Assembly (NCBI GenBank): GCA_963666345.1
Contig: OY762721.1
Location: 960,001 to 1,024,000, forward strand
Reading direction: 5' to 3'
Source: Desulfatiglandales bacterium
Lineage (GTDB): Bacteria; Desulfobacterota; DSM-4660; Desulfatiglandales; Desulfatiglandaceae
Length of the DNA: 64,000 bases
The notes beneath the pieces are model-generated. The model was given only the letters and a program-made list of their open reading frames with translations, did not search any database and was not told the origin of the DNA. This document shows positions 44,273-53,742 of this stretch, one piece after another. Both the position numbers and the translations under genes were made by a program. Numbering within the stretch: position 1 is the stretch's first letter; each line of letters starts with the position of its first letter.

Positions 44273-44422
44273 TCCAAGCTTCGTGCCAGAGGGGATAAGT
44301 GCGGCCTTATTCGATCCAACACATTGATTTATCAATGAATATTCAAACTCGAAAGGTTGGTGGGGGAAGGCCGGGTTGACGTGAAATAGTGGTCATATAT
44401 GGCAAACGGTTAAATATGACCA
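44273..44422 (-). promoter_or_regulatory. Sigma54 promoter copy 1: tandem UAS, IHF site, -24/-12
   Basis: TGGCACGAAGCTTGGA (44273-44288); AATCAATGTGTTG matches WATCAANNNNTTR (44317-44329); imperfect palindromes at 44390-44405 and 44407-44422. Confidence 0.82.
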
Positions 44423-44437
44423 TGGCATAACGGGAGT

Positions 44438-44890
44438 TCAGTAATTCAAGGCGATAGTCAGATCAATGTTTCGCCCGTCGTACCGGAATGTGGCGGCAGA
44501 AAACGAAGGTGCGCCGAGAAATGCTTTAGCGTCGTTTGAAAAACCGTAGCCTTCCATTGGGGCCCCCAGCCAGTTGGTGTCAAGCTTGCCGTCCATATTT
44601 TCATCATGGATGACGGCAAGCGCATACGTTCCCGGCGGGATGTCTAAAAAGTCGAAACGCGCCTGCGAATCCCGAATTTTTATTACCATGATATTAGTTG
44701 CGTAATGCAGATACTCAACAGGGAAACCAACCGCTGATTCGAAAAGCGCACAAGCCACGGTTCCCGCGCTGTTTCTGATGTTCAGAACCTTCACGTGAAT
44801 GCCTGGGCAGGATGATGATTGGGCCTGAGCCATGGCGGGAAGATTCCCAAAAACCAGCACTACAAACAATAGAAGGCACTGAACTCTCAT
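44438..44890 (-). CDS. DUF2141 family exported protein
   Basis: Signal peptide; PPGTYALAVIHDENMDGKLD...EGYGFSN. Start uncertain. Confidence 0.85.
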   Translation of the reverse strand: MRVQCLLLFVVLVFGNLPAMAQAQSSSCPGIHVKVLNIRNSAGTVACALFESAVGFPVEYLHYATNIMVIKIRDSQARFDFLDIPPGTYALAVIHDENMDGKLDTNWLGAPMEGYGFSNDAKAFLGAPSFSAATFRYDGRNIDLTIALNY

Positions 44891-45063
44891 GAGGACGCCT
44901 GTCTCCGGTTCCCTGACCGTAAAGGCCTCCGCGGAATTTGGATTGATTGACTTACTCATGATCTTGCTCCCGGCTCCAATCTGCTTAGCCTGAATGGGTC
45001 GAAGCGAACCCCGGGGTCCTTCCCGATTTCGCATTGCCCCATCTGGAAGAGCATAATGCTCGC

Positions 45064-45378
45064 CTATTTAACGATCAGACTATTCTTCACGGATCTGACC
45101 CCTTTAACGCTGCCTGCGATTTCAACCGCTTTATCCGCGGCCTTTTGAGTATTAACGAAGCCGCTCAGTTGAACAGCGCCCTTGTAGGTTTCGACACTGA
45201 TCTTGAATGACTTGAGAAAATCATCCCCTGCCAGCAGGGTTTTGACCTTGGTCGTGATGACAGAATCGTCAACGTATTCCCCAGTGCTTTCCTGTTTGGA
45301 TGTCGATGCACAGGCCACAAAGGTGGCGATGAGAATAAGAAGCAATAAACAGTGGATAAAGATATTTCTCTTTTTCAT
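45064..45378 (-). CDS. BON domain (OsmY-like) lipoprotein
   Basis: Lipobox-like FVAC; GEYVDDSVITTKVK, GAVQLSGFV, VKGVRSVKN. Confidence 0.92.
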   Translation of the reverse strand: MKKRNIFIHCLLLLILIATFVACASTSKQESTGEYVDDSVITTKVKTLLAGDDFLKSFKISVETYKGAVQLSGFVNTQKAADKAVEIAGSVKGVRSVKNSLIVK

Positions 45379-45485
45379 AGCAGTTACTCCTTTCTTTAAG
45401 TATCTCATTTTCTCCGTTTCAACGGCAATGTTCTCCTCAAACCCCTTTTTTACCTTCATAATAATGGCCTTTTTAGACACTTTTT

Positions 45486-45671
45486 TTATTTGAACGAAGA
45501 CAGAATTGCGTCCATCTGATTTTCAATTTCGCGGCGCCTTTCGAAAGGCATTGAAAAAAACTTTTCGGGATTTTCGATAAACTCAGTCACGAACTCGGCA
45601 AGCTCCGGCCCAATACCGGACAATCGAATAAATTCAGCCTTGGACCTGGCGCTATTTCTATCTTCATTCAT
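45486..45671 (-). CDS. Small hypothetical protein
   Basis: GAGGTG RBS; 61 aa, co-directional with the island. Confidence 0.5.
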   Translation of the reverse strand: MNEDRNSARSKAEFIRLSGIGPELAEFVTEFIENPEKFFSMPFERRREIENQMDAILSSFK

Positions 45672-45954
45672 GTTTTCACCTCGTTTTGCGATATCGTTCA
45701 TATTCCTCTGTTGCACTGTCGCATCTCTTGCAGTTGAGTTGGTCGACTACGCATGATAACCGCCATCCGGAAATGACCGCTAAAAAATCAGGCAGGTATT
45801 TCCCAGGGATAACCCGGAGGTGTTATTTGCCTGTCAATACAATTTTTGTGTATTCGGTTTGACTGATGGTACGTTGATCCATGTCATTAAGGACTCCCGC
45901 AAAAATAACCTGGAATTTTGGCATCCCTTCTATTTTCTCTGTTATTAATCACTC

Positions 45955-46129
45955 GCATAACCAGCCAAAAAGGCCGGGCCGCAAGACATGAAGACCAACA
46001 ATTATGTTAGCCCCGGCCTTTTTGGTCTGCGCTTATGCGATTGTTCGTAAGCCTTCAATTCTCGTTTTTAAATCCGGCTTACTTTTTGGTTTCTTCCTTA
46101 ATTCCTTTCTTTCCTCCAGTCATCGGACC
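45955..46129. repeat. ~175-bp direct repeat, copy A (3' end of Gly/Lys sORF plus large hairpin)
   Basis: Near-identical to 48180-48356; contains AAAAAGGCCGGG...CCCGGCCTTTTT. Confidence 0.9.
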
Positions 46130-46219
46130 TTGACCAGGGCTATTGCCCTTGCCCTTACCTTTACCATGACCGTCTTTCGGTCCCTGACCTTTTGGTCCGG
46201 TTCCATCTTTATTTGGCAT
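46079..46219 (-). CDS. 46-aa Gly/Lys-rich small protein (DUF5320-like N-terminus)
   Basis: AAGGAGGTGA RBS; MPNKDGTGPKGQGPKDGHGKGKGKGNSPGQGPMTGGKKGIKEETKK. Confidence 0.72.
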   Translation of the reverse strand: MPNKDGTGPKGQGPKDGHGKGKGKGNSPGQGPMTGGKKGIKEETKK

Positions 46220-46309
46220 ATTAATCACCTCCTTCCTGCTGGCGAATGCTTGCGACAACGAGGCTATTTGCCCTCATCGGCATCTGCCTTGTTGGCTGAC
46301 ATTACCTAT

Positions 46310-47056
46310 CTATCGAGCTTTACCTTGGTTCGCTACAGCCTTCGTTGCCTGCGCCACAGATTCTGAATCCCCCAAATAGTAATGTTTGATTGCCCGCAGC
46401 TCCTTATCCAGCTCATATACCAACGGTATTCCGGTAGGAATATTCAATGTAACAATGTCTTTGTCTGAAACATTGTCGAGATACATCACCAGTGCTCTGA
46501 GGCTGTTGCCATGTGCAACGACGAGAAACCTTTTGCCTGATCTTATCTCTTTGGATAGTGTTTCGTTCCAGCACTCGATAACCCTTTGAACTGTATCTTT
46601 CAGACACTCGGTTTTGGGAAGTCTGCTTTTCTTAATGCCGGCGTATCGTGGATCGTTGCCGGGAAAACGATCGTCCTCTTCAGATACAGGCGGTGGTGAA
46701 GTATCGTAGCTTCTTCTCCAGACCAGAACCTGATCCTCGCCATATTTGGCGGCTGTCTCGGCTTTGTTACGCCCCTGCAATGCCCCGTAATGTCGCTCAT
46801 TCAGCCTCCAATCGCGGACAACTGGAATCCACATTTGGTCGAGTTGGTCAAGAATCACCCAGAGTGTGCGTATAGCCCGCTTAAGCAGCGACGTATAGGC
46901 GATATCGAACTGGAAACCTGCGTCACACAGTGCTTGCCCAGCCTTGCGTGACTCGGCTATGCCCGAGTCTGCCAGATCGACATCATGCCAGCCGGTAAAG
47001 CGATTCTGTATGTTCCATTCGCTGAGACCGTGGCGAAGCAGGACAAGTTTGTGCAT
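46310..47056 (-). CDS. gpmA: 2,3-bisphosphoglycerate-dependent phosphoglycerate mutase
   Basis: [29 protein letters not shown]. Confidence 0.96.
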   Translation of the reverse strand: MHKLVLLRHGLSEWNIQNRFTGWHDVDLADSGIAESRKAGQALCDAGFQFDIAYTSLLKRAIRTLWVILDQLDQMWIPVVRDWRLNERHYGALQGRNKAETAAKYGEDQVLVWRRSYDTSPPPVSEEDDRFPGNDPRYAGIKKSRLPKTECLKDTVQRVIECWNETLSKEIRSGKRFLVVAHGNSLRALVMYLDNVSDKDIVTLNIPTGIPLVYELDKELRAIKHYYLGDSESVAQATKAVANQGKAR

Positions 47057-47112
47057 GAAATTCCCTTTTATCCTATGGGGTGTTGGTTTTTATTACGATT
47101 AAATCATACTGA

Positions 47113-48135
47113 TTATCCAGCCGTTTCCATTACCCGGGTATACTTTCCGTCACAAGCTAGACCGTTCAACCGGCAGCGTTTCAAGAACGTCTTCTGCGCG
47201 GCAGCCATATTGGCTTCCTGACCTTTCCAGGTTGCAAGCACCGGTGCCTGCAGCGCGCGCCCATAAGAAAAACTAACTTGCCACGGATGCGTGCCCATCA
47301 TGTTTATGGCGTTCAGGTGGTCAGTGGCGTCTTCCGCACTCTGGCCACCGGACAGGAATACGATTCCAGGGACAGCCGCCGGCACGTAGCGGATCACGCA
47401 TCGAATCGTGGCCTCGGCAACCCGCTGCACGCTTTCCTGACGCGCGCATTTCATTCCGGCAATAACCATATTTGGCTTTAGCAACATACCCTCGAACAGC
47501 ACGCGGTGGGCATCAAGCTCGGTGAACACTGCATCGAGAACCCTGGATGTGACAACTTCGCAGCGTTCGATGTCGTGAGGGCCATCCATGAGTACTTCCG
47601 GTTCCACGATCGGCACGATATCCAATTCCTGGCAGAGCGCGGCATAACGCGCCAATACGTGGGCATTCGCACGAATACCGAACGCGGTAGGAACATCGCG
47701 CTCGTTGATCTCAATAACCGCCCGCCACTTCGCGAACTTAGCCCCCATTTGTTTGTACTCGACGAGCCGCTCGCGCAGGCCGTCAAGCCCCTCGGCGATT
47801 TTTTCTTCAGGGTACAACGCCAGCGCTTTAGCGCCTTTGTCCACCTTGATCCCAGGCACGATTCCCCTGCTCGATAGTAGCTCGGCAAAGGGAGTGCCGT
47901 CTCGAGTGCTTTGGCGCAGCGTTTCGTCGAAGAGAATGACACCACCGATATAGCGTTCAATCCCTTCGGTTGAAAAAAGGATTTCGCGGTACCTCCGGCG
48001 ATTTTCTTCGGTGGACTCGACCTTGATCGAATCGAAGCGCTTTTTGATCGTGGGATTGCTTTCGTCTGCCGCCAGCACACCCTTCTGTTTCGCAACGATT
48101 GCTTTTGCTACAGAACTGAGTTTATCGTTGTTCAT
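47113..48135 (-). CDS. Fructose-bisphosphate aldolase class I
   Basis: GVLAADES, GIKVDKG, FAKWR, LLKPNM, FLSGGQS, SYGRALQ; GAGGAG RBS. Confidence 0.95.
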   Translation of the reverse strand: MNNDKLSSVAKAIVAKQKGVLAADESNPTIKKRFDSIKVESTEENRRRYREILFSTEGIERYIGGVILFDETLRQSTRDGTPFAELLSSRGIVPGIKVDKGAKALALYPEEKIAEGLDGLRERLVEYKQMGAKFAKWRAVIEINERDVPTAFGIRANAHVLARYAALCQELDIVPIVEPEVLMDGPHDIERCEVVTSRVLDAVFTELDAHRVLFEGMLLKPNMVIAGMKCARQESVQRVAEATIRCVIRYVPAAVPGIVFLSGGQSAEDATDHLNAINMMGTHPWQVSFSYGRALQAPVLATWKGQEANMAAAQKTFLKRCRLNGLACDGKYTRVMETAG

Positions 48136-48179
48136 TCGTAACTCCTCTTCTCGTTTTGTTGCTTGATACATTGCGCTTT

Positions 48180-48356
48180 GCATAACCAGCCAAAAAGGGC
48201 CGGGCCGCAAGACATGAGGACCAGCAATAATGTTAAGCACCGGCCTTTTTGTTCTGCGCTTATGCGATTGTTCGTAAGCCCTCAATTCTCGTATTTAAAT
48301 CCGGCTTACTTTTTGGTTTCTTCCTTAATTCCTTTCTTTCCTCCAGTCATCGGACC
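48180..48356. repeat. ~175-bp direct repeat, copy B
   Basis: Near-identical to 45955-46129. Confidence 0.9.
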
Positions 48357-48481
48357 AACCCGAGAATTCCAAATACAATTAGATAGACGGCAACGATGTA
48401 ATTCAACAGTTTCGGGAAAAGGAGAATCGAAATTCCCGCGATTAGAGCAACCACCGGCTGTGGCGATATACTGATTTGCAT
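48347..48481 (-). CDS. DUF3096-like 44-aa two-TM small membrane protein
   Basis: AGGAG RBS; MQISISPQPVVALIAGISILLFPKLLNYIVAVYLIVFGILGLVR; absent from the ORF track. Confidence 0.8.
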   Translation of the reverse strand: MQISISPQPVVALIAGISILLFPKLLNYIVAVYLIVFGILGLVR

Positions 48482-48622
48482 GTCTCCTGGCCTCCTTTGA
48501 TTGTCTTGTTCAGCTTCCCGGCCTTTTCCGACTTGATCGAGTGGAAATGAGGCTCCCCCCGGGGAAGACCGATCCGAGTGGAGCCTCGTCCATATTGGAG
48601 ATGCCCTCAGGCCACAGAGGAC

Positions 48623-49330
48623 CTATTTTACGATAACTATGTCCACGCGGCGGTTCTGGGCCCGGCCTGCACTTGTCGCGTTCGAGGCGACGGGCCTGGA
48701 TTCGCCGAAGCTCACCTTCTTGAGACGGTCGGAATCAATGCCCTTGGACTTCAGATAGTCGAACACCACCTCAGCCCTTCTCTCACCCAACTTCTTGTTA
48801 TACGCGTCGGTCCCGACAGAGTCGGTGTTGCCCTGGAGCTCGAGCACCACAGCAGGGTCATCCTGCATGATCTTCGCGGCCCGGTCCAACTCGGCCTTCA
48901 TTTCCGGTGTCAGGTCGGACTTGTCGAACTCAAAGTGCCCCGAGTGGAAGCTGACCGGTTGCCTCGCCGGCGGCGGGGTTACCCTCGGTGGAGGTGGTGG
49001 CGGCGGCGGGGTTACCATTGCAGGAGGCTGACAAGACTCGGCCTCTTTTGCCAGGTTCCTGGCCTCGGCGAGAAGGGCCATGGCCTCCTTGGTGTGACAG
49101 GTCCAATAAATCTCCGCCGCTTTTTGACCCAGTTCGTTGGCCCTGGCGATCTTTTCCGGGCAATTCTTTGCCCCTTCAGTTCTCTCGGCACTTGCAATGG
49201 CTGCCTCTGTCTCCGCGAATTGATCAGGGGCCGTCAGGGCCTTGTTGGGGACACCGAAGTGAGTGGTCGGTGCACACCCAAGCATCACGAAAAACATAAT
49301 ACAGGCCAAAAAAATCAATTTCCTTCTCAT
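48623..49330 (-). CDS. OmpA-family peptidoglycan-binding lipoprotein with poly-Pro linker
   Basis: Lipobox MLGC; P8 run; FEFDKS, GNTDSVG..YNKKLGERRA, RAQNRRV. Confidence 0.92.
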   Translation of the reverse strand: MRRKLIFLACIMFFVMLGCAPTTHFGVPNKALTAPDQFAETEAAIASAERTEGAKNCPEKIARANELGQKAAEIYWTCHTKEAMALLAEARNLAKEAESCQPPAMVTPPPPPPPPRVTPPPARQPVSFHSGHFEFDKSDLTPEMKAELDRAAKIMQDDPAVVLELQGNTDSVGTDAYNKKLGERRAEVVFDYLKSKGIDSDRLKKVSFGESRPVASNATSAGRAQNRRVDIVIVK

Positions 49331-49721
49331 AACTCTATCCTCCCTTTGAATGAAATGAATAGTTGTTTCCAAAACAGGGGAACCCTCTTCTTACTGTCCC
49401 CCCTCTACTGCGCCCTTATCACGAACTCATTGGTCAACACTGCTGTCCTCATAATGTATGATCCTCTCCCTTCTGCAAAAGCCTTTCCGCAATTTCCGGC
49501 CCTTCTGAGAAGCGCCAAGACGGTAACCTACCCCCACGCTTCCATGTTCTTCTTCTCCGGATGCCAGCGCTCCTTGGTTGCGGGATCCGTAGCAAAGAGC
49601 CAAGCATCACTTCTCCTAAGCGACCCGTCATCGCCCTGGGCTCAGTCATGGGCGCCTGTCGCCATTCCTCCCCGTGTTTCCATGCGGTGCAGTTTGGCGA
49701 AGGCGGGTAAAATCAATGTTC

Positions 49722-50177
49722 TCAGGATTTGCTGAACTCGGCCGCCGCCTTTTTGTAGGCGTTACCCAAATCGTCCATGGCCTCAGCAATGCCGGATTTC
49801 ACTTGTTCCCATGCAGTTCCGGCGGACGAACTGAGATCCTTCAGCTTTTCAGACACCTCATCCCTTTTTTGACGCAATGCCGTCAGCTGTTGTTCGGCTT
49901 TCGCTTTACCGTCCTCTCCCAGTTTTTCAGCCTTCGCCTGCAGTTGATCAATTTTCTCCCCGTACTCATTGAGTTTAATTTCCATTTGTTTTCGAAAGTC
50001 CTGCATCTGCTCCTGGGTATAGGCCTTGGTTGCGTCATAGGCTTCTTTGGCCTCCTTCTTGACATCTTCCTTGGACACGGCTGCGGGCTTGCTCTGGGTT
50101 TGTTCCTTCTCACCGCAACCCGGCAAAGCCCCTAGGGCCAGAAGCAGCATTATTGCCAATAACCCCCTTACGAACAT
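49722..50177 (-). CDS. Coiled-coil lipoprotein, hypothetical
   Basis: Lipobox LPGC; K/E/A/Q-rich helical sequence. Confidence 0.8.
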   Translation of the reverse strand: MFVRGLLAIMLLLALGALPGCGEKEQTQSKPAAVSKEDVKKEAKEAYDATKAYTQEQMQDFRKQMEIKLNEYGEKIDQLQAKAEKLGEDGKAKAEQQLTALRQKRDEVSEKLKDLSSSAGTAWEQVKSGIAEAMDDLGNAYKKAAAEFSKS

Positions 50178-50308
50178 AACGCCTTCCACCACTCAAGCCT
50201 CCATTTCCGGGTTATCGTTGAAAAAATTCTTATCTTCTATACCCTGCCAAGAATTGCAGAAACGACATCCGTCTAAAAATCCAACCGTCCATACCTCTCA
50301 AGGGAGGG

Positions 50309-50602
50309 TTATTCTAAGTCAGGACCACCGGCATGCTCTTTTCCCATCACTATCATATTTTCTTTCATCTTATGGATCTCCCGTTTCAACCTCTTGACAT
50401 CAAGGGATTTTGTCGCCAGCTTTGGTAAGGTCAAAATTGCCACGATTGCTCCACCCATTAGAGAGGAATAAACAATCAAGGCCGTAATGGATAGCTGAAA
50501 GGTCCAGATGAAAAACTTGAAATCCAGAGGCATGCTGTTTTGTACAGCGGCGATGATAATTACCATGAGAAAGAAAAAGGTGATGATTAATGAAAGGTGC
50601 AT
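50309..50602 (-). CDS. LapA (DUF1049)-like membrane protein
   Basis: TM-AVQN...FFIW-TM, then basic coiled tail; GGGAGG RBS. Confidence 0.8.
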   Translation of the reverse strand: MHLSLIITFFFLMVIIIAAVQNSMPLDFKFFIWTFQLSITALIVYSSLMGGAIVAILTLPKLATKSLDVKRLKREIHKMKENMIVMGKEHAGGPDLE

Positions 50603-50730
50603 GATTATCCTCCCTCAGAGCCCTGGCAGAGCCGCTGCAATAAGGAATACGTTCAAAAACAGACGGATGACAAGGATAAATGTAGTATTTCACATGTTAT
50701 TGGAATTTAATGCCTTTTATATGGTTTCGG

Positions 50731-50910
50731 TTATTGCTGCGCTTTCTTTTTCTCCACTTTAGATGCTTCTTCTTCTCGCATCCTTTTTTCCATTTTGGCC
50801 AGAAGCTCGGCTGTGCTTTTTCGCAGATCTTTAGTCCCCCCGGTTCGCTGAAATGCCATAACTGCAATGATCAACGCAACAATAGCCACGACAAAATTTA
50901 AAATTTCCAT
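50731..50910 (-). CDS. Small single-TM hypothetical protein
   Basis: AAGGAG RBS; MEILNFVVAIVALIIAVMAFQRTGG... Confidence 0.7.
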   Translation of the reverse strand: MEILNFVVAIVALIIAVMAFQRTGGTKDLRKSTAELLAKMEKRMREEEASKVEKKKAQQ

Positions 50911-50930
50911 AATCAATTCTCCTTTCTTTT

Positions 50931-50995
50931 TAGAGGTTCCCTTGCCCCTGAGGGTATTGACGACCTCCACCCCTTCCGAATGGGAGACCGTGCGG
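50931..50995 (-). pseudogene. 3' remnant of a second ABM gene
   Basis: Matches 43826-43891 (TVSHSEGVEVVNTLRGKGTSK); about 270 bp deleted right after the RBS. Confidence 0.8.
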
Positions 50996-51112
50996 AATCC
51001 CTCCTCTCAGGGAAAGTCCCATCAAAGGTTTAGGTCACGGCATATTGCCAAATTCAGAAATCTCCCCGTCCTGTCTGCCGTCTAAAAAAATCAAACGGTG
51101 CATTATTATATA

Positions 51113-51260
51113 CCCAAGATTCGTGCCAGACTGGATAAGTGCACCCTTATCTGATCCAACATATTGATTTATCAATGAATATTTAAACTCGAAAGGTTGG
51201 TGCGGGAGGGCGGGTGAAACGAAATAGCGGTCATATATAGCAAATGGTCAAATATAACCA
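51113..51260 (-). promoter_or_regulatory. Sigma54 promoter copy 2: tandem UAS, IHF site, -24/-12
   Basis: TGGCACGAATCTTGGG (51113-51128); AATCAATATGTTG (51157-51169); imperfect palindromes at 51228-51243 and 51245-51260. Confidence 0.82.
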
Positions 51261-51437
51261 TGCCCATGTTTAAGTAAAGTGAGTGATATTTGGAGAGGGT
51301 ATATGAACGGACACAAAATGGCTTGAAACCGATCACAAAAAAACAGACGCGCATTCAGAGTCAGGGCGTCTCCGGCTTACTATCTTCGGAAGCCGGTGTC
51401 AGACCTGGTAGCATGTAACAGAAATACCTTGCATGAA

Positions 51438-51512
51438 TGTAGTTTCGAGTGAAGCGAGAAATCTTAACTAAAATAACAAGTTAAAAGATCTCTCCCTCCG
51501 GTCGAGATGACA
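51438..51512. repeat. REP-like palindromic element
   Basis: TTTCGAGTGAAGCGAGAAATCT...AGATCTCTCCCTCCGGTCGAGATGACA imperfect inverted repeat. Confidence 0.5.
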
Positions 51513-51590
51513 AATTAATTGCGTTACACAACACTATTTTTATGTTTCCACGTAGATCATGGACCGGATGGATAACAGAATTCCCAGGCT

Positions 51591-53138
51591 CTATGGCTTG
51601 AGGATACCGAGTTTTCGCATCCGGGCCCGCAGGGTGCTGCGGTTGAGCCCAAGTATCTCGGCCGCACCGTTTTTCCCGCTGACTTTCCATTGAGTCTGCT
51701 CAAGGATCCGTACTATATGTTCGTGCTCAACCGCTTCCATCGTTTTTTGTGTAGTCGATAAATCCTTTTGCGGTTTCTTCAGTTCATCCACCAGGTGCAG
51801 CTTGGACCCCGAGGAGTTAATCACCGCCCGTTCAAGGACGTTTTCCAGCTCCCGGACATTGCCGGGCCAATGGTAATTCTGCAAGGTATTCATAGCACTA
51901 GTCGGGATGATCTCGATGGATTTTCCCATTCGTTTGGAGATGTTTTTGACGTAAAAGTCCACCAGAAGCGGAATGTCATCCAACCGGTCCCGGAGCGGCG
52001 GCATGGTGACAGGGAAAACATTTATGCGGTACCAGAGATCTTCACGGAACAGACCCCTGCGGACCTCCTCTTCCAGATTGCGATTTGTGGCCGCAATAAT
52101 CCGCACATCGACCTTGATCGTATGGGAGCCGCCCAGCCTTTCAAATTCACCGTCCTGCAGCACCCTGAGCAGCTTGGGTTGCAGTTCCAGGGGCAATTCT
52201 CCGATTTCATCCAGGAAAAGGGTGGTCCCGTCGGCAATTTCAAATCGCCCCAGCTGTCTGGTATGGGCGCCGGTGAAGGCGCCTTTTTCATGCCCGAAGA
52301 GTTCGCTCTCGATGAGGTTTGCAGGCAGTGTAGCACAGTTTATCTTAACCAATGCACGGTCTTTGCGCTGGCTAAGGCTGTGAATAGCCCTAGCCACAAG
52401 CTCTTTGCCGGTTCCGGTCTCGCCGAGAACAAGGACGATCGTATCTGTAGGGGCAATCTGTTCGACCTTATAGAGCACGTAATGGATCCCGTCACTCTCG
52501 CCCAGAATGTTTTCATGGTTGTATTCCAGTTTAATTTCTTCCTGGAGATACGCTCTCTCCGCTTCGAGCTGTTCTTTTAACTTCTTGATTTCAAAAAGCG
52601 CGGCTTCTGCGACTTGTTTGCCTTTTTCCGCCTCTTCCCTTGCTAGCCTGATTTCGGCAGTTCGCTTTTCAACAAGTTCCTCGAGATGTCTTTTATAATA
52701 TTCACGCTCAGTCACATCCTCTATGGACAGGAGGATCATCCGGGTCTGCTTTGGCTCTCTGTATATCCGTCTGGCGTTCAGATGCATTATCTTTCGGCCT
52801 ATGGTCTCAAAGTTATGTTCCACCTCAAAGTCGTTGAATGTGGTATTCTGAGGGAGGATGTCTTCAAGTAACTCTCTGAGCTTTGGGATGTCCCACTGCC
52901 GGTTGCCGAGATTATATATCAATGCCCCCTCTGTTCCCTCCGGTTTGACCTTGAAGGTCCGGTAAAATGAATGGTTGGCCTTTATAACCTTCAGATCCGA
53001 ATCAAGCACCACCAAGGGTCCACGGACCGAACCCAGGATTTTATCAAAAATTTCCATAAAGGCGTGTAACTCCTGTTTATCATATCCTAACGCCTTCACT
53101 GTTTGTTCAAATTCTTTAAATGATTGCTTGTTATCCAT
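51591..53138 (-). CDS. PAS-domain sigma54-dependent activator (bacterial enhancer-binding protein)
   Basis: PAS, coiled coil, [31 protein letters not shown], Fis-type HTH; no receiver domain seen. Confidence 0.95.
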   Translation of the reverse strand: MDNKQSFKEFEQTVKALGYDKQELHAFMEIFDKILGSVRGPLVVLDSDLKVIKANHSFYRTFKVKPEGTEGALIYNLGNRQWDIPKLRELLEDILPQNTTFNDFEVEHNFETIGRKIMHLNARRIYREPKQTRMILLSIEDVTEREYYKRHLEELVEKRTAEIRLAREEAEKGKQVAEAALFEIKKLKEQLEAERAYLQEEIKLEYNHENILGESDGIHYVLYKVEQIAPTDTIVLVLGETGTGKELVARAIHSLSQRKDRALVKINCATLPANLIESELFGHEKGAFTGAHTRQLGRFEIADGTTLFLDEIGELPLELQPKLLRVLQDGEFERLGGSHTIKVDVRIIAATNRNLEEEVRRGLFREDLWYRINVFPVTMPPLRDRLDDIPLLVDFYVKNISKRMGKSIEIIPTSAMNTLQNYHWPGNVRELENVLERAVINSSGSKLHLVDELKKPQKDLSTTQKTMEAVEHEHIVRILEQTQWKVSGKNGAAEILGLNRSTLRARMRKLGILKP

Positions 53139-53341
53139 TGGGGAAATCCGCATTTTAATTTGGCTTTATTGGGAATATGGAAAAATAAATATAAGGTAAT
53201 TATACGCCTGTGGGAGGTGAAACGCAAGCCCGGACCCGTCGCCTGAATCCACCGTCAAATTCTACATCATCAATTAGGACAAGGGATTTACATCCCCGGG
53301 CACCAGTAAGGTATGAGATGCAAGGCGCCGAGGAGTGACGA

Positions 53342-53368
53342 CTGAGGCGTATGAGAAATACGCCTCAG
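53342..53368. repeat. Perfect 11-bp stem hairpin in a REP-like stretch
   Basis: CTGAGGCGTAT-GAGAA-ATACGCCTCAG. Confidence 0.5.
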
Positions 53369-53742
53369 ATGATGCCTTGATGGTGAACCGGGGCGTTGCC
53401 AATGCCCCGACCATACCTGCCCGTGCATGGCCGCACGCCCCTGTTTCAGCTTAAAGCGATTTTCTAAAACAATACTCATGAAATACCGGGCAACGGTTCC
53501 CATGAATCTCTCCAAACTGGTTTCAGGCTTCAAACGGGAGAATGCGGATTGGAACTGCTCGGCGGCAAAGGCTCGACCGGCATGTGCTTTAAGTAATTCT
53601 TGAAAGACGTCCGCTTTCTTAAGGTAGCAAAAAGCCGTGGACATGACAAAATTCCACGGCTTGAATCTGAATGTGAATTTTAATTGGCGGGGGACCACTG
53701 AATTACCACCAAAAGTCCATTAAAATTAATTGGTTATATATT

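Noticed and set aside
45955..46038. Hairpin in the 175-bp repeat as an integron attC site (ends GTTATGC on the minus strand)
   Set aside because: The other end is GCATAAG rather than ...AAC, L-box spacing does not fit, the repeat extends into coding sequence, and no integrase is present.
50615..50695. ATG-TGA followed by about 24 hydrophobic codons as a second recoded gene
   Set aside because: No RBS, no SECIS-like hairpin and no redox motif; at most a decayed membrane-peptide gene.
53288..53698. 136-aa ORF between the EBP and iclR genes
   Set aside because: No RBS or motif, and it overlaps a hairpin element; not supportable as a gene.
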